DNA of 64,000 nucleotides from Antedon mediterranea (Eukaryota; Animalia; Echinodermata): positions 25,990,070 through 26,054,069 of the forward strand of contig NC_092671.1 of assembly GCF_964355755.1 (NCBI RefSeq). Direction: 5' to 3'. Position numbers and translations under genes: made by a program. The notes beneath the pieces were generated by a model. The model did no database searches and had not been told where the DNA came from. It saw only the letters and a list, made by a program, of their open reading frames with translations. Shown here in pieces: positions 1-13,111 of the stretch (its first letter is position 1; each line of letters opens with the position of its first letter).

Positions 1-406
1 TCTAATAACAGGCGTAACAACACATAATACATATTGTAGTTTAATACTGGCTTAAATATTTTTGTTTTATATAAACTGTATTCTAAAAAATGACAATTTA
101 GAACTTAATTTTGCAATAGTACCTAATTTGGCGCCTTAAACGCCAAATTAAGTGCGGTACCTCATTTGGCAGTGGTACCTCATTTGGCGTGACACCCCTA
201 CTGTTCTGTATCTCGTTTGTCTTAATTTCCAAGTAAAAATGAGGTACCACCACGTAACTCCTTATAATTAGGCCTATTATCATAGAAGATAATTAGTTTA
301 TCTTACAACGCTTTTAAAATCTTTTACAATTTCAGTTGGTTAATAACCAACACCTTATTGCGATGTGGAATGACATACATATACTGTAAGTGACGTATTT
401 GTCTTT

Positions 407-517
407 ACTCTGCATCACGCATAAATCTTTCGCCTTTTACTAAAGATTTCCGTGTAGAGGAACAACTATTGAGTTTTAACTCAATTTTTCTCAACCCTTG
501 TTTTTTGAACGAGGGTA
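407..517 (+). pseudogene. U5: U5 snRNA variant A with 9-nt 5' deletion
   Basis: ACTCTG|CATC lacks GTTTCTCTG of stem Ib; loop I GCCTTTTAC and 3' hairpin intact. Confidence 0.8.
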
Positions 518-1030
518 ATTATGAAATGTTAATGTCAGAAATGTAATTATTATCAAGACAGGCTACGAGATATACATTTATATTCAAATGTGATTTTTAG
601 AGTACACTTTATTTGGTCATATTGAAAGTACCCGTTTATGATGTGATTTTTTTTATTGAATTCATAGTCCTAACAAATTACTAATAATTAAATAATGATA
701 ATTTAATTGTTTTCAACACACTATTGTACCGTATTTCATTGAACGGTGTGTTTAAGTAACTTCAAACGCGATTATCAACTTCAATAACTATTTCAAATAT
801 GCCAATGAAGGCATGGTTTTTGTACTTTTTTTCAATGGTTAGTCAATATTTACGTTACTATTTTTTTAATATAATAGTTTAATTTATATTACGGGACTTT
901 GGATTTGTGGTGTTAAAAACTCCAAAACAGAAACATTGTTTCTAACTTTTGTTAATAACACACACTATTTCAAACCTATTTATTTCGATAGGTAATTGTA
1001 TACATATACCGTTGTCGCATGTTTTTCTTT

Positions 1031-1149
1031 ACTCTGGTTTCTCTGCATCACGCATAAATCTTTCGCCTTTTACTAAAGATTTCCGTGTAGAGGAACAAGT
1101 ATTGAGTTTCAACTCAATTTTTCTCAACCCTTGTACCTCTATAAGGGTA
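1031..1149 (+). ncRNA. U5: U5 snRNA variant B
   Basis: ACTCTGGTTTCTCTGCA...AAATCTTTCGCCTTTTACTAAAGATTTCCGTGTAGAGGAAC matches metazoan U5 (invariant loop I GCCUUUUAC); Sm-like AATTTTT; 3' hairpin ACCCTTGTA-CCTC-TATAAGGGT. Confidence 0.92.
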
Positions 1150-2235
1150 ATTTATGAAATTAAGAATAGAATAAATAAATATTTTTATTAAGTAGGCCTA
1201 TACAAAATATTTACTCGCATACAGCTCAGGAAAAGGTTGGTGATTTGACTAGAGTTCCACGTGAGGAGTACCTGTGGTGTAGGCTTAAGTACTCACTTTT
1301 TAACATTTTTTATATACCAGTAAAGCTTGGTTCCCACTTGCAACGTAATTGATTTGACCAATCATAAGCGATGGATTATTCGAACAGTAGCTTGTCATCA
1401 TTGATCAACTCGCTTGCGTTGCACGTACATCCTTGTGTTGCGTCTCTAGTGAGAACCACGCTTTAGTGAAAGTTCTATCCTATACGTTGTATGCCTACAT
1501 ACTTTATTTTGGAATCATTGTAGAGGTCTAACATTAATATGCTGTAAATCAATGGCTCAATGTAAATTGTAAAACCTACCATCGGTCGGCATGACATCAA
1601 CTTTGTTTGATCTCCGCCAGAAAATCTTAAGAATTCGCTTTAACTTTCTAATTTTTGTAGAAAGTACTTGTCGAGCAGCAAAAGCAATACAGACTGTAAA
1701 TACATTAATGTTATTGTTGGTATGGTAGTGTGGCAACTCGTTGGTACGAGCAATGCATGTACGCACCACGCAAAAATTGCGCGACGCACATTAAATCTTA
1801 AGCACGCAACAACACGATCATCGGTGAAAACTTAAAATAATTGGGAATTTCAAGAAAGCTTTGCGATCGATACTAAATATCAAGAAAGAGAATAATACAT
1901 TGTTGCAATGGACTATTCAGTCGTAATTATTTTGTCATTTTGTTAAAACTCTGTCTTAAATTTTACGAAATGGCAGCAAAATTGTCACCTGGAAAAATTA
2001 ATTTGAATACGCAAATAACTAGCATTGTTTCAACAGTTTTCAACTTGAAATATTTTAACTACAATTAGGCCTATTCTTCTTACTATTAACAAGTTTAACA
2101 CTTTTTGTAATGCTATATTTAGTTTATCTTACAATGCTTTTAAAATCTCTTACAATATCAGTTGGTTAATAACCAACACCTATGTATTGCGATGTGGAAT
2201 GACATACATATACTGTAAGTGACGTATTTGTCTTT

Positions 2236-2354
2236 ACTCTGGTTTCTCTGCATCACGCATAAATCTTTCGCCTTTTACTAAAGATTTCCGTGTAGAGGAA
2301 CAAGTATTGAGTTTCAACTCAATTTTTCTCAACCCTTGTACCTCTATAAGGGTA
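2236..2354 (+). ncRNA. U5: U5 snRNA chimera (A upstream region, B 3' end)
   Basis: U5 core; A-type upstream GTAAGTGACGTATTTGTCTTT but B-type 3' hairpin. Confidence 0.9.
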
Positions 2355-3440
2355 ATTTATGAAATTAAGAATAGAATAAATAAATATTTTTATTAAGTAG
2401 GCCTATACAAAATATTTACTCGCATACAGCTCAGGAAAAGGTTGGTGATTTGACTAGAGTTCCACGTGAGGAGTACCTGTGGTGTAGGCTTAAGTACTCA
2501 CTTTTTAACATTTTTTATATACCAGTAAAGCTTGGTTCCCACTTGCAACGTAATTGATTTGACCAATCATAAGCGATGGATTATTCGAACAGTAGCTTGT
2601 CATCATTGATCAACTCGCTTGCGTTGCACGTACATCCTTGTGTTGCGTCTCTAGTGAGAACCACGCTTTAGTGAAAGTTCTATCCTATACGTTGTATGCC
2701 TACATACTTTATTTTGGAATCATTGTAGAGGTCTAACATTAATATGCTGTAAATCAATGGCTCAATGTAAATTGTAAAACCTACCATCGGTCGGCATGAC
2801 ATCAACTTTGTTTGATCTCCGCCAGAAAATCTTAAGAATTCGCTTTAACTTTCTAATTTTTGTAGAAAGTACTTGTCGAGCAGCAAAAGCAATACAGACT
2901 GTAAATACATTAATGTTATTGTTGGTATGGTAGTGTGGCAACTCGTTGGTACGAGCAATGCATGTACGCACCACGCAGAAATTGCGCGACGCACATTAAA
3001 TCTTAAGCACGCAACAACACGATCATCGGTGAAAACTTAAAATAATTGGGAATTTCAAGAAAGCTTTGCGATCGATACTAAATATCAAGAAAGAGAATAA
3101 TACATTGTTGCAATGGACTATTCAGTCGTAATTATTTTGTCATTTTGTTAAAACTCTGTCTTAAATTTTACGAAATGGCAGCAAAATTGTCACCTGGAAA
3201 AATTAATTTGAATACGCAAATAACTAGCATTGTTTCAACAGTTTTCAACTTGAAATATTTTAACTACAATTAGGCCTATTCTTCTTACTATTAACAAGTT
3301 TAACACTTTTTGTAATGCTATATTTAGTTTATCTTACAATGCTTTTAAAATCTCTTACAATATCAGTTGGTTAATAACCAACACCTATGTATTGCGATGT
3401 GGAATGACATACATATACTGTAAGTGACGTATTTGTCTTT

Positions 3441-3560
3441 ACTCTGGTTTCTCTGCATCACGCATAAATCTTTCGCCTTTTACTAAAGATTTCCGTGTAG
3501 AGGAACAACTATTAAGTTTTAACTCAATTTTTCTCAACCCTTGGTTTTTGAACGAGGGTA
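3441..3560 (+). ncRNA. U5: U5 snRNA variant A
   Basis: U5 core with loop I; 3' hairpin ACCCTTG...CGAGGGT. Confidence 0.9.
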
Positions 3561-4073
3561 ATTATGAAGTGTTAATGTCAGAAATGTAATTATTATCAAG
3601 ACAGGCTACGAGATATACATCTATATTCAAATGTGATTTGTAGAATACACTTTATTTGGTCATAATGGCAGTATCCGTTATGATATAATTTTTTTTATTG
3701 AAATCATAGGCCTAACACATTACAAATAATTAAGTAATGATAATTTAATTGTTTTCAACACACTATTGTACCGTATTTCATTGAACGCTGTGTTACGTAA
3801 CAACAAACGCGATTATCAACTTCAATAACTATTTCAAATATGCAAATGAAGGCATGATTTTTGTACTTTTTTGCAATGGTTATTCAATATTTACGTTACT
3901 ATTTTTTTTTATAATAGTTTAATTTATTTTACGGGACTTTGGATTTGTGGTGCTAAAAACTCCAAAACAGGTTCACCATATTTTCTAACTTTTGTTAATA
4001 ATACACACTATTTCAAACCTATTTATTTCGATAGGTAATTGCATACATATACCGTTGTCGCATGTTTTTCTTC

Positions 4074-4192
4074 ACTCTGGTTTCTCTGCATCACGCATAA
4101 ATCTTTCGCCTTTTACTAAAGATTTCCGTGTAGAGGAACAACTATTGAGTTTTAACTCAATTTTTCTCAACCCTTGTATCTCTATAAGGGTA
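4074..4192 (+). ncRNA. U5: U5 snRNA variant B
   Basis: U5 core; B hairpin ACCCTTGTA-TCTC-TATAAGGGT. Confidence 0.92.
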
Positions 4193-4579
4193 ATTTATGA
4201 AATTAAGAATAGAATAAATAAATATTTTTATTAATTAGGCCTATACAAAATATTTACTGGCATACAGCTCAGGAAAAGGTCGGTGATTTGACTAGAGTAC
4301 AACATGAGGAGGACCTGTGGTGTAGGCTTAAGTACTCACTTTTTTATATTTTTTATACAATTTGGTGAGGATGGGATTAGCCTACCAGTAAAGCTTGGTT
4401 CCCACTTGCAACGTAAGTGATTTGACCAATCATAAGCGATGGATTATTCGAACAGTAGCTTGTCATTGGTCAACTCGCTTGCATTGCACGTACATCCTTG
4501 TGTTGCGTCTCTAGTGAGAACCACGCTTTAGTGAAAGTTCTATCCTATATGTTGTATGCCTACATACTTTATTTTGGAA

Positions 4580-5640
4580 CATATGAATCTCTTGGTGCAA
4601 ATTTTGCAACCAAACAGTAATTTTTAATATGTACCTATTGAGCTGTTTATCTACTTATAAGTTCATACCAAGTTCATGCAACCCAAGTCTTGTCATCGTC
4701 CATTATATTGGGGGTCAACCATTATGAATACAACTAATTTCCACAATGATTGATTATATTTTTTAACTAAAGAAATTAAAATGACATTAACTAGTATAGT
4801 ATGAACATTTCCAGACTTTGTAATAATTACCATCTATTCATTAAACAAACCAAGTCACAGAAAGATAAACATAACCATTACCCGAATGAAAATGGTAGAT
4901 CCCAGCTCGCTATCATTAAAACATAGGTGTCTTAATTTGGCAATTGTGAATATAAAACACGACATATAGAACTAAATAACACCTAACAATTGTTCCTTAT
5001 ATATCAAACATTAGAATGATATAAAAATTAAAATGCTACTTACAATTATATAATGAAAAAATTAACCCCAAACTTAGCTACAATCCAACGGTCTGTCAAG
5101 TGAAGGCTTCATAACACAGGCAAACCCTATTTGAATTTTGCCGCCTTTTTGAGCATTTTTTAGATTTTTTCAAAATAGATTTTGCTATTTTGACACAGTC
5201 TATTTTAAGCCAATGCTCATAAGAAAAGTATGTAAGGAATCTATGAATATTCAGCTTTCTTTTAAGAAACTATCCAAAATGATTGATGGCCTACAAGTGA
5301 TCTTAAATTGCAAATAAAACACTGTGGTGCTTTAGAAAATAGGTAAAAAATTGACCTCACACTGTCAGCGGGCAATGGATGGTGAGTTTTAAAACGTAAA
5401 ATGACACATACTTTTTGTAACTTTACAATTTCAAACATATATCATAATGTTCAGTATTGTCTACAGTTTATTTTGAGCTACTATCCAAAAAAATCCGATT
5501 TATAATAGCCGAGATATTTAGGTGGGAACATGAAAATCAAGTGTTTTGTAGAATATCACGATGCGAAATCAGTGGTATCCATGTCCCAGTGGAGTGTGTT
5601 GGGGCAATTTAGCTATTTCGTTGCTCAAGAGATTCATATG
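4580..5640. mobile_element. Non-autonomous TIR element (1061 bp), unclassified, no TSD
   Basis: 15-bp perfect TIR CATATGAATCTCTTG...CAAGAGATTCATATG; sister units show the empty site GGAATCATTG; no coding capacity. Confidence 0.85.
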
Positions 5641-6354
5641 CATTGTAGAGGTCTAACATTAATATGCTGTAAATCAACGGCTCAATGTAAATTGTAAAAC
5701 CTACCATCGGCATGACATCAACTTTGTTTGATCTCCGCCAGAAAATCTTAAGAATTCGCTTTAACTTTCTAATTTTTGTAAAAAGTACTTGTCGAGCAGC
5801 AAAAGCAATACAGAATGTAAATACATTAATGTTATTGTTGGTATGGTAGGTGTGGCAACTCGTTGGTACGAGCAACGCATGTACGCACCACGCAGAAATT
5901 GCGCGACGCACATTAAATCTTAAGCACGCAACAACACGATCGGTGAAAACTTAAAATAATTGGGAATTTCAAGAAAGCTTTGCGATTGATACTAAATATC
6001 AAGAAAGAGAATAATACATTGTTGCAATGGACTATTCAGTCGTAATTATTTTGTCATTTTGTTAAAACTCTGTCTTAAATTTTACGAAATGGCAGCAAAA
6101 TTGTCACCTGGAAAAATTTATTTGAATACGCAAATAATTAGCATGGTTTCAACAGTTTTCAACTTGAAATATTTTAACTACAATTAGGCCTATTCTTCTT
6201 ACTATTAACAAGTTTAACACTTTTTGTAATGCTATATTTAGTTTATCTTACAACGCTTTTAAAATCTCTTACAATATCAGTTGGTTAATAACCAACACCT
6301 ATGTATTGCGATGTGGAATGACATACATATACTGTAAGTGACGTATTTGTCTTT

Positions 6355-6474
6355 ACTCTGGTTTCTCTGCATCACGCATAAATCTTTCGCCTTTTACTAA
6401 AGATTTCCGTGTAGAGGAACAACTATTGAGTTTTAACTCAATTTTTCTCAACCCTTGTTTTTTGAACGAGGGTA
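6355..6474 (+). ncRNA. U5: U5 snRNA variant A
   Basis: U5 core; A hairpin ACCCTTGTTTTTTGAACGAGGGT. Confidence 0.92.
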
Positions 6475-6989
6475 ATTATGAAGTGTTAATGTCAGAAATG
6501 TAATTATTATCAAGACAGGCTATGAGATATACATCTATATTCAAATGTGATTTTTAGAATACACTTTATTTGGTCATAATGACAATACCCGTTTATGATG
6601 TGATTTTTTTTATTGAAATCCTAGGCCTAACACATTACAAATAATTAAATAATGATAATTTAATTGTTTTCAACACACTATTGTACCGTATTTCATTGAA
6701 CGCTGTGTTACGTAACTTCAAACGCGATTTATCAACTTCAATAACTATTTCAAATATGCAAATGAAGGCATGATTTTTGTACTTTTTTGCAATGGTTATT
6801 CAATATTTACGTTACTATTTTTTTTTATAATAGTTTAATTTATTTTACGGGACTTTGGATTTGTGGTGCTAAAAACTCCAAAACAGGTTCACCATATTTT
6901 CTAACTTTTGTTAATAATACACACTATTTCAAACCTATTTATTTCGATAGGTAATTGCATTCATATACCGTTGTCGCATGTTTTTCTTC

Positions 6990-7107
6990 ACTCTGGTTTT
7001 CTGCATCACGCATAAATCTTTCGCCTTTTACTAAAGATTTCCGTGTAGAGGAACAACTATTGAGTTTTAACTCAATTTTTCTCAACCCTTGTATCTCTAT
7101 AAGGGTA
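6990..7107 (+). ncRNA. U5: U5 snRNA variant B (1-nt deletion in stem Ib)
   Basis: U5 core; GGTTTTCTGC instead of GGTTTCTCTGC. Confidence 0.85.
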
Positions 7108-7211
7108 ATTTATGAAATTAAGAATAGAATAAATAAATATTTTTATTTATTAGGCCTATACAAAATATTTACTGGCATACAGCTCAGGAAAAGGTCGGTG
7201 ATTTGACTAGA

Positions 7212-10200
7212 TAGTTAGGGTTAAAAACGTCATTTTTTAACCAAACCTGGAAAAAATTATTTACAAAGGATTTTTATCATCAAACTTAACATATAAGTCC
7301 CAGGGGTCACCAAAAAAAAGTTCTAGTGATTTTCTCTATGGGGGAAGGAGTTATGACCTTTTATATAAAGGTCAAATCTATTTTTAGTAACGAGTTAGTA
7401 CTTCATTAACCACACAGTGTAGATGCTTAATTTTAGTCTCAAATTGTTCGCAATGTACAATTTCCTATTTGCAATAATGGAATATTTTTCTAAAAAATTA
7501 CCAGCAATGCTATTTCTGACCTTTGACCTTTCTTGACCGGAAGTTTCATAGCTACATAACTATTTGACCTAGAGAGTGGGTTTTGGTCTTAATTTGTTTA
7601 TAATGTACAACTTTATATTTGCAGTAATGCCACATTTTTCTATAAAGCAAGTAGAAATACCATTTATTGACCGTTGAACCCAATTAACCAATATTATTCA
7701 ATTATTATTAATAATATAATTCAAGTATTAACACCGCCACCACATGGCTGTACATAGGCTAAACTTTTTGACCAATCAGGAAGCGCCATCTAGCAGGATA
7801 CATTTCAAATTTTTGTTAGAAAGAGTGCAGCAACAGCATATCAAATCGAAAAACAGTGGGCAGGTGTATGGAGTGACATAGCAATTGAACAGACCCTTAT
7901 GAGACATTCAAAATCATAGGGCGGTTTGTCTATGGGCCGGATGAGGGGTACTTCAACTACAAGCGGAGCAACATACTTGCCTTGGGTACTGACTTTGAAT
8001 TATGTTTCTGAGATCCATCACCTACTAGAAGACAAAGGAAACACTCCAAACCTGCCACACAAAGAATGCTCACAAAGTGCAATGAAAATTGACACATCTA
8101 CCTTCGGTCAAGTACTCAATTGGTTCAATGAACGTTCTCCATTTGAAGATCCACAGAATAGTAAAATCATCGTTTCACTGTCGACAGGTTTATCCACTGA
8201 ACGAAGTAAATTGTGACAATTGCTACAATATAGGTCTCACCATACAGAAACAAGTAGATGCTAAACCTCTGAATCACAGAATGTCTACACGAAACATTAA
8301 ACCATTATCATGTCTACAAAAATGTGTGAAAGTTGAAGGAAAGAATGCATATGTCACCAATACAACCCTATTTACAAGACTTGTCCTTCTCAGTGAACGT
8401 GATAACTTTTCACTACGTGAAACATTAAAATATGAACTGACACCTCTACCAACATCCCTGTATGATACCTCTGAATTTTTACAGAAGCCTGACAAGGCGT
8501 CACTTGGGAACTATCTCAAAACCATATCTGAGTCAGCCAGTGTTCAAACATCAACAATCCAACCCAGTGTGTACGTTATAGATGGAGGATGGTTGATACA
8601 TCAGATTCCATGGACTCCAAATTAAAAATTCCTAGATATAATTAAATCCTACAGTAATTATATCAAAAAGAATTTCCAGGCAGGAACACTGTAGAAGTCA
8701 TTTTTGACACTTACACAGATGCATCAATAAAAGACCATGAACACCAACGCAGAACAAAGATTAAATGTGCAAATTATAAGGTGTCAACAAACCAAAGATG
8801 TATTGTCCAAAAGACACAGTTTCTTTCAAATTTGAAAAATAAGCAAGAACTAATTAACTTATTAGGATCGACTTTAGCCGAGGATGGAGTTAATGTTTAC
8901 CATGCTTATTCAGCAGATGCTGACATGCTCATAGTTGAACGTGCAATACAATCAACCGAACTAAGTTCCAATATAGTGGTTGTAGCAGAGGACACGGACA
9001 TTTTGGTTATGCTGGTTCGCTGGAATAAGGGAAATAACATCTATCTTAAAACAAAATTAACTATGTATAATGTGTTAGAAATACAAGAGAAACTACCTAA
9101 GACTGTTCTTAAGTATATATTATTAATTCATGCATTCAGTGGATGTGATAGTACATCTTCTGTGTTTGGCAAGGGAAAAGTTAAACTAGCATCAAAGCTT
9201 GAAAAAATCAGTAATCTAGAGAAAATTGATGTATTTTATTCAGACACCCCCACAAATGAGGGGATACACAGAGCAGGCATCTCGTTGATGCAACTAATGT
9301 ATGGTGCTGATGAAGACATGACAACATTAAGAGTACGTATGTACTCCAAAATGGTAGCGAGGGGTAGCTTAACAATTGAGCGTCACTCTCCAACTGAAGG
9401 TGCCATCCTACAGCACTCATTGAGGGTATGGTTTCAAGTACTGGACTGGAGGAAATTAGCACATCATGAAATTGATGCCACCAAATACGGTTCAATGGTG
9501 AACTAACACCAGTCCCAACATTAGACGAATATGCTCCTATGTCACTCTTAAAGTTGATCTGTTGTAACTGTAAATCTGGAAATGGTAATGAGATGTGTAC
9601 AACGAATAGATGTAATTGTAGAAAGAGTAAGCTTAAATGCTTAAGTGCATGTGGGTCATGTATGGACAAATGTGAAAATAGCTCATGTAACTTTTCATTC
9701 ATTTTTCTGATGAAGACACCTAGGCTTTACTGACACAGTAATAATCTGGCTAGTCTCAACAACAAAAAAATCACCAGCTTTCGTCTAAGTGACGGTGTAT
9801 GTTTTAAAGAAAGTTGATTATTTGGTAAAAATAATATCATTGTACGTCTATAATTACATGTAGATTTTAAACTATTACCAATAATAAGGAATCTTTAGTA
9901 AGTAAACGACTGGGAGCAATATCCAAGTTTCGGTGTTATTACATGATGAATAATCCCCTCCCCCACCCTCAAAAACATTTAAAATGTGATTTTTTTCTCA
10001 AGTTTGGTGCTCTTTTCACATATAAGGTTAAAAGTTAATAAAACCATACTTCTTGTCACAATTGTACATAATGCTCCATTATACCAAATAGGAACATACA
10101 TGTTCTTAACAATTTGAGACCAATATGAAGATTATGCGACCAGTAGTTATTGAGATATAATAAGCTGAGGTCAAAGGTCAAAACGTCAGAAATATCATTT

Positions 10201-10481
10201 CTGGTCACTTTTGGACAAAATGTTTCATTATGAAGAATAGGAATATGTATCTTCTAAACAATTTAAGACCAAAACCAAGTCTCCATGATTAATGGTTACC
10301 AAGATACAAGCATGTCAAGTTGTAAGCGGCCATTTTGAAAATGGCGCCAAAAAAAAGTTTCCCATGGGCCAAATCCTTAGAACTTTTTTTTGGTGGTATT
10401 TTAGATTCATATAAAGGTTTTCCCATAAAAATCGCTTTGTAAATAATTTTTTCTAGGTTTGGTGCTGATTTTCCCTAACTA
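7212..10481 (+). mobile_element. Academ (XPG-type) DNA transposon, internally deleted and degenerate
   Basis: TAGTTAGGG...CCCTAACTA termini with long imperfect TIRs; 3-bp TSD AGA (7209-7211 and 10482-10484) confirmed against the empty site GACTAGAGTAC; XPG-like and Cys-rich coding remnants. Confidence 0.88.
7815..9733 (+). pseudogene. Academ ORF remnant: XPG/FEN1-like nuclease plus C-terminal Cys8 (CXC-like) zinc finger
   Basis: Motifs WSDIAIEQTLMR, YELTPLPTSL, VIDGGWLIH, ADADMLI, AEDTDILV, HAFSGCDSTSSVFGKGK and CNCK...CTTNRCNCRKSKLKCLSACGSC across frameshifted or stopped ORFs 7926, 8089, 8781 and 9539. Confidence 0.85.
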
Positions 10482-11483
10482 AGAGTACAACGTGAGGAGG
10501 ACCTGTGGTGTAGGCTTAAGTACTCACTTTTTTATATTTTTTATACAATTTGGTGAGGATGGGATTAGCCTACCAGTAAAGCTTGGTTCCCACTTGCAAC
10601 GTAAGTGATTTGACCAATCATAAGCGATGGATTATTCGAACAGTAGCTTGTCATTGGTCAACTCGCTTGCATTGCACGTACATCCTTGTGTTGCGTCTCT
10701 AGTGAGAACCACGCTTTAGTGAAAGTTCTATCCTATACGTTGTATGCCTACATACTTTATTTTGGAATCATTGTAGAGGTCTAACATTAATATGCTGTAA
10801 ATCAACGGCTCAATGTAAATTGTAAAACCTACCATCGGCATGACATCAACTTTGTTTGATCTCCGCCAGAAAATCTTAAGAATTCGCTTTAACTTTCTAA
10901 TTTTTGTAAAAAGTACTTGTCGAGCAGCAAAAGCAATACAGAATGTAAATACATTAATGTTATTGTTGGTATGGTAGGTGTGGCAACTCGTTGGTACGAG
11001 CAACGCATGTACGCACCACGCAGAAATTGCGCGACGCACATGAAATCTTAAGCACGCAACAACACGATCGGTGAAAACTTAAAATAATTGGGAATTTCAA
11101 GAAAGCTTTGCGATCGATACTAAATATACAAGAAAGAGAATAATACATTGTTGCAATGGACTATTCAGTCGTAATTATTTTGTCATTTTGTTAAAACTCT
11201 GTCTTAAATTTTACGAAATGGCAGCAAAATTGTCACCTGGAAAAATTTATTTGAATACGCAAATAATTAGCATTGTTTCAACAGTTTTCAACTTGAAATA
11301 TTTTAACTACAATTAGGCCTATTCTTCTTACTATTAACAAGTTTAACACTTTTTGTAATGCTATATTTAGTTTATCTTACAACGCTTTTAAAATCTCTTA
11401 CAATATCAGTTGGTTAATAACCAACACCTATGTATTGCGATGTGGAATGACATACATATACTGTAAGTGACGTATTTGTCTTT

Positions 11484-11603
11484 ACTCTGGTTTCTCTGCA
11501 TCACGCATAAATCTTTCGCCTTTTACTAAAGATTTCCGTGTAGAGGAACAACTATTGAGTTTTAACTCAATTTTTCTCAACCCTTGTTTTTTGAACGAGG
11601 GTA
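11484..11603 (+). ncRNA. U5: U5 snRNA variant A
   Basis: U5 core; A hairpin. Confidence 0.92.
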
Positions 11604-12238
11604 ATTATGAAGTGTTAATGTCAGAAATGTAATTATTATCAAGACAGGCTACGAGTTATACATTTATATTCAAATGTGATTTTTAGAATACACTATATTT
11701 GGTCATAATGACAGTACCCGTTTATGATGTGATTTTTTTTATTGAAATCCTATCGCAATGGATGGTGCGGGTGGGGACGAACGCATACTCGACGAACAGT
11801 CACTGACCGATGCTAGGCTGTTTGGTGAACATGTCTCTGTGCGTTGTTGACCTACCATGCTGTGATCCCAGTCGTGTAATAGCGACTCAACATCATTTAA
11901 AACCTGTGAGGGTAAAACATACGGAGGTTGATAAGTCATTTGTGGCATATAAATCCTCGGCACATAATAATATGGTGTTTCCCCGCAGTAATAGTGGTAA
12001 GCCATTTCTATACGTCCCCGCACTACGATTTTTTCAAACAGAATGTGTGATTGCTAAAGCCTTGTTGGAATTTAAGGTACAGGTGAATCATTGAATTATC
12101 ATATAATTTGCGGACCATGACCGAAGCACTTCCGCTTCGATCTATTCGACGAAAATAAAAAAAGGATAACTATTTTCTGCTTTATACTTAATTTAATGTA
12201 ATGGTGATCTAATAACAGGCGTAACAACACATAATACA

Positions 12239-12877
12239 TGTAGAAATGTATGTACTGTTTTATCTGGTTCGGTAGTAGGTGGGTAGAATGACAGACAGAA
12301 TGAAACAAAGTAGTCAGCGTGTAAAACTCAAGGTAACTTTTAATAGGTAATCCTCCACAGTATAGGTGATGAGGTTGCAAATTGACAAGGTGTCAATGTG
12401 GCTATTTGGCAATGTGGGTGTGTGCGTGTGCGTGTGCGTGTGTTCATTCATCACTACAAATACAAAATAAATGGAAACGGATAAGTAACAATAGTACCGG
12501 CAATATTAGCATACGGGTCACGTGACCCAAACTGTCCGAGAGAGAGAGGCTCTCGCAGAGTACAAAACAATGAAAACAACGTGCGTCGGCCTAGAGAAGA
12601 CGTCACCTAAACTGACTAAAATATAACTTTTAAAATCTTTTTATCAACAATTACAGCCTATTACCAGGATTCCTGGTTTATATAAAAACAAGTAATAAGG
12701 TTAATAATATTTCAGAACTCACCAAAACACTATAATTTACATAATAATATGGTAATTGGAACGCTTCAGGCATGTTTATATGACATTAACTGCGAACGGG
12801 TGCGCGCACGCCAACGTCCGATATTCGAAGCATATTAATATATGCGCCCTCAACGGATGACATAAATCTTTACAACA
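12239..12877 (-). repeat. 3' LTR of BEL/Pao element
   Basis: Direct repeat of 18333-18971, about five differences seen by eye. Confidence 0.95.
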
Positions 12878-13111
12878 GCCGCCCCTAAATTTAGGCACTA
12901 AATTTAAAGTAAACTATCATATAAAGACATGTAAATACAAGGTATCTAATAAAAAAAAATAAAAAAAAAAAAACTTGAACGGTTACTGAAGCTCTGGGAG
13001 TTTGATCAGTTTTACAACAGGGCGTACATATGTCTTGCCCTTAACGAGTACTTCGGCCGAGAGCACTCTGCCATCCTCTCCGGGGAAAACTTTGGTTATA
13101 CGTCCTATTAT

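Larger units (their letters stand above)
290..11752 (+). repeat. U5 snRNA tandem gene array, block 1 (interrupted by two DNA transposons)
   Basis: Recurrent 1.2-1.86 kb unit containing U5 copies; ends abruptly at ...AAATCCTA (11752). Confidence 0.93.
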
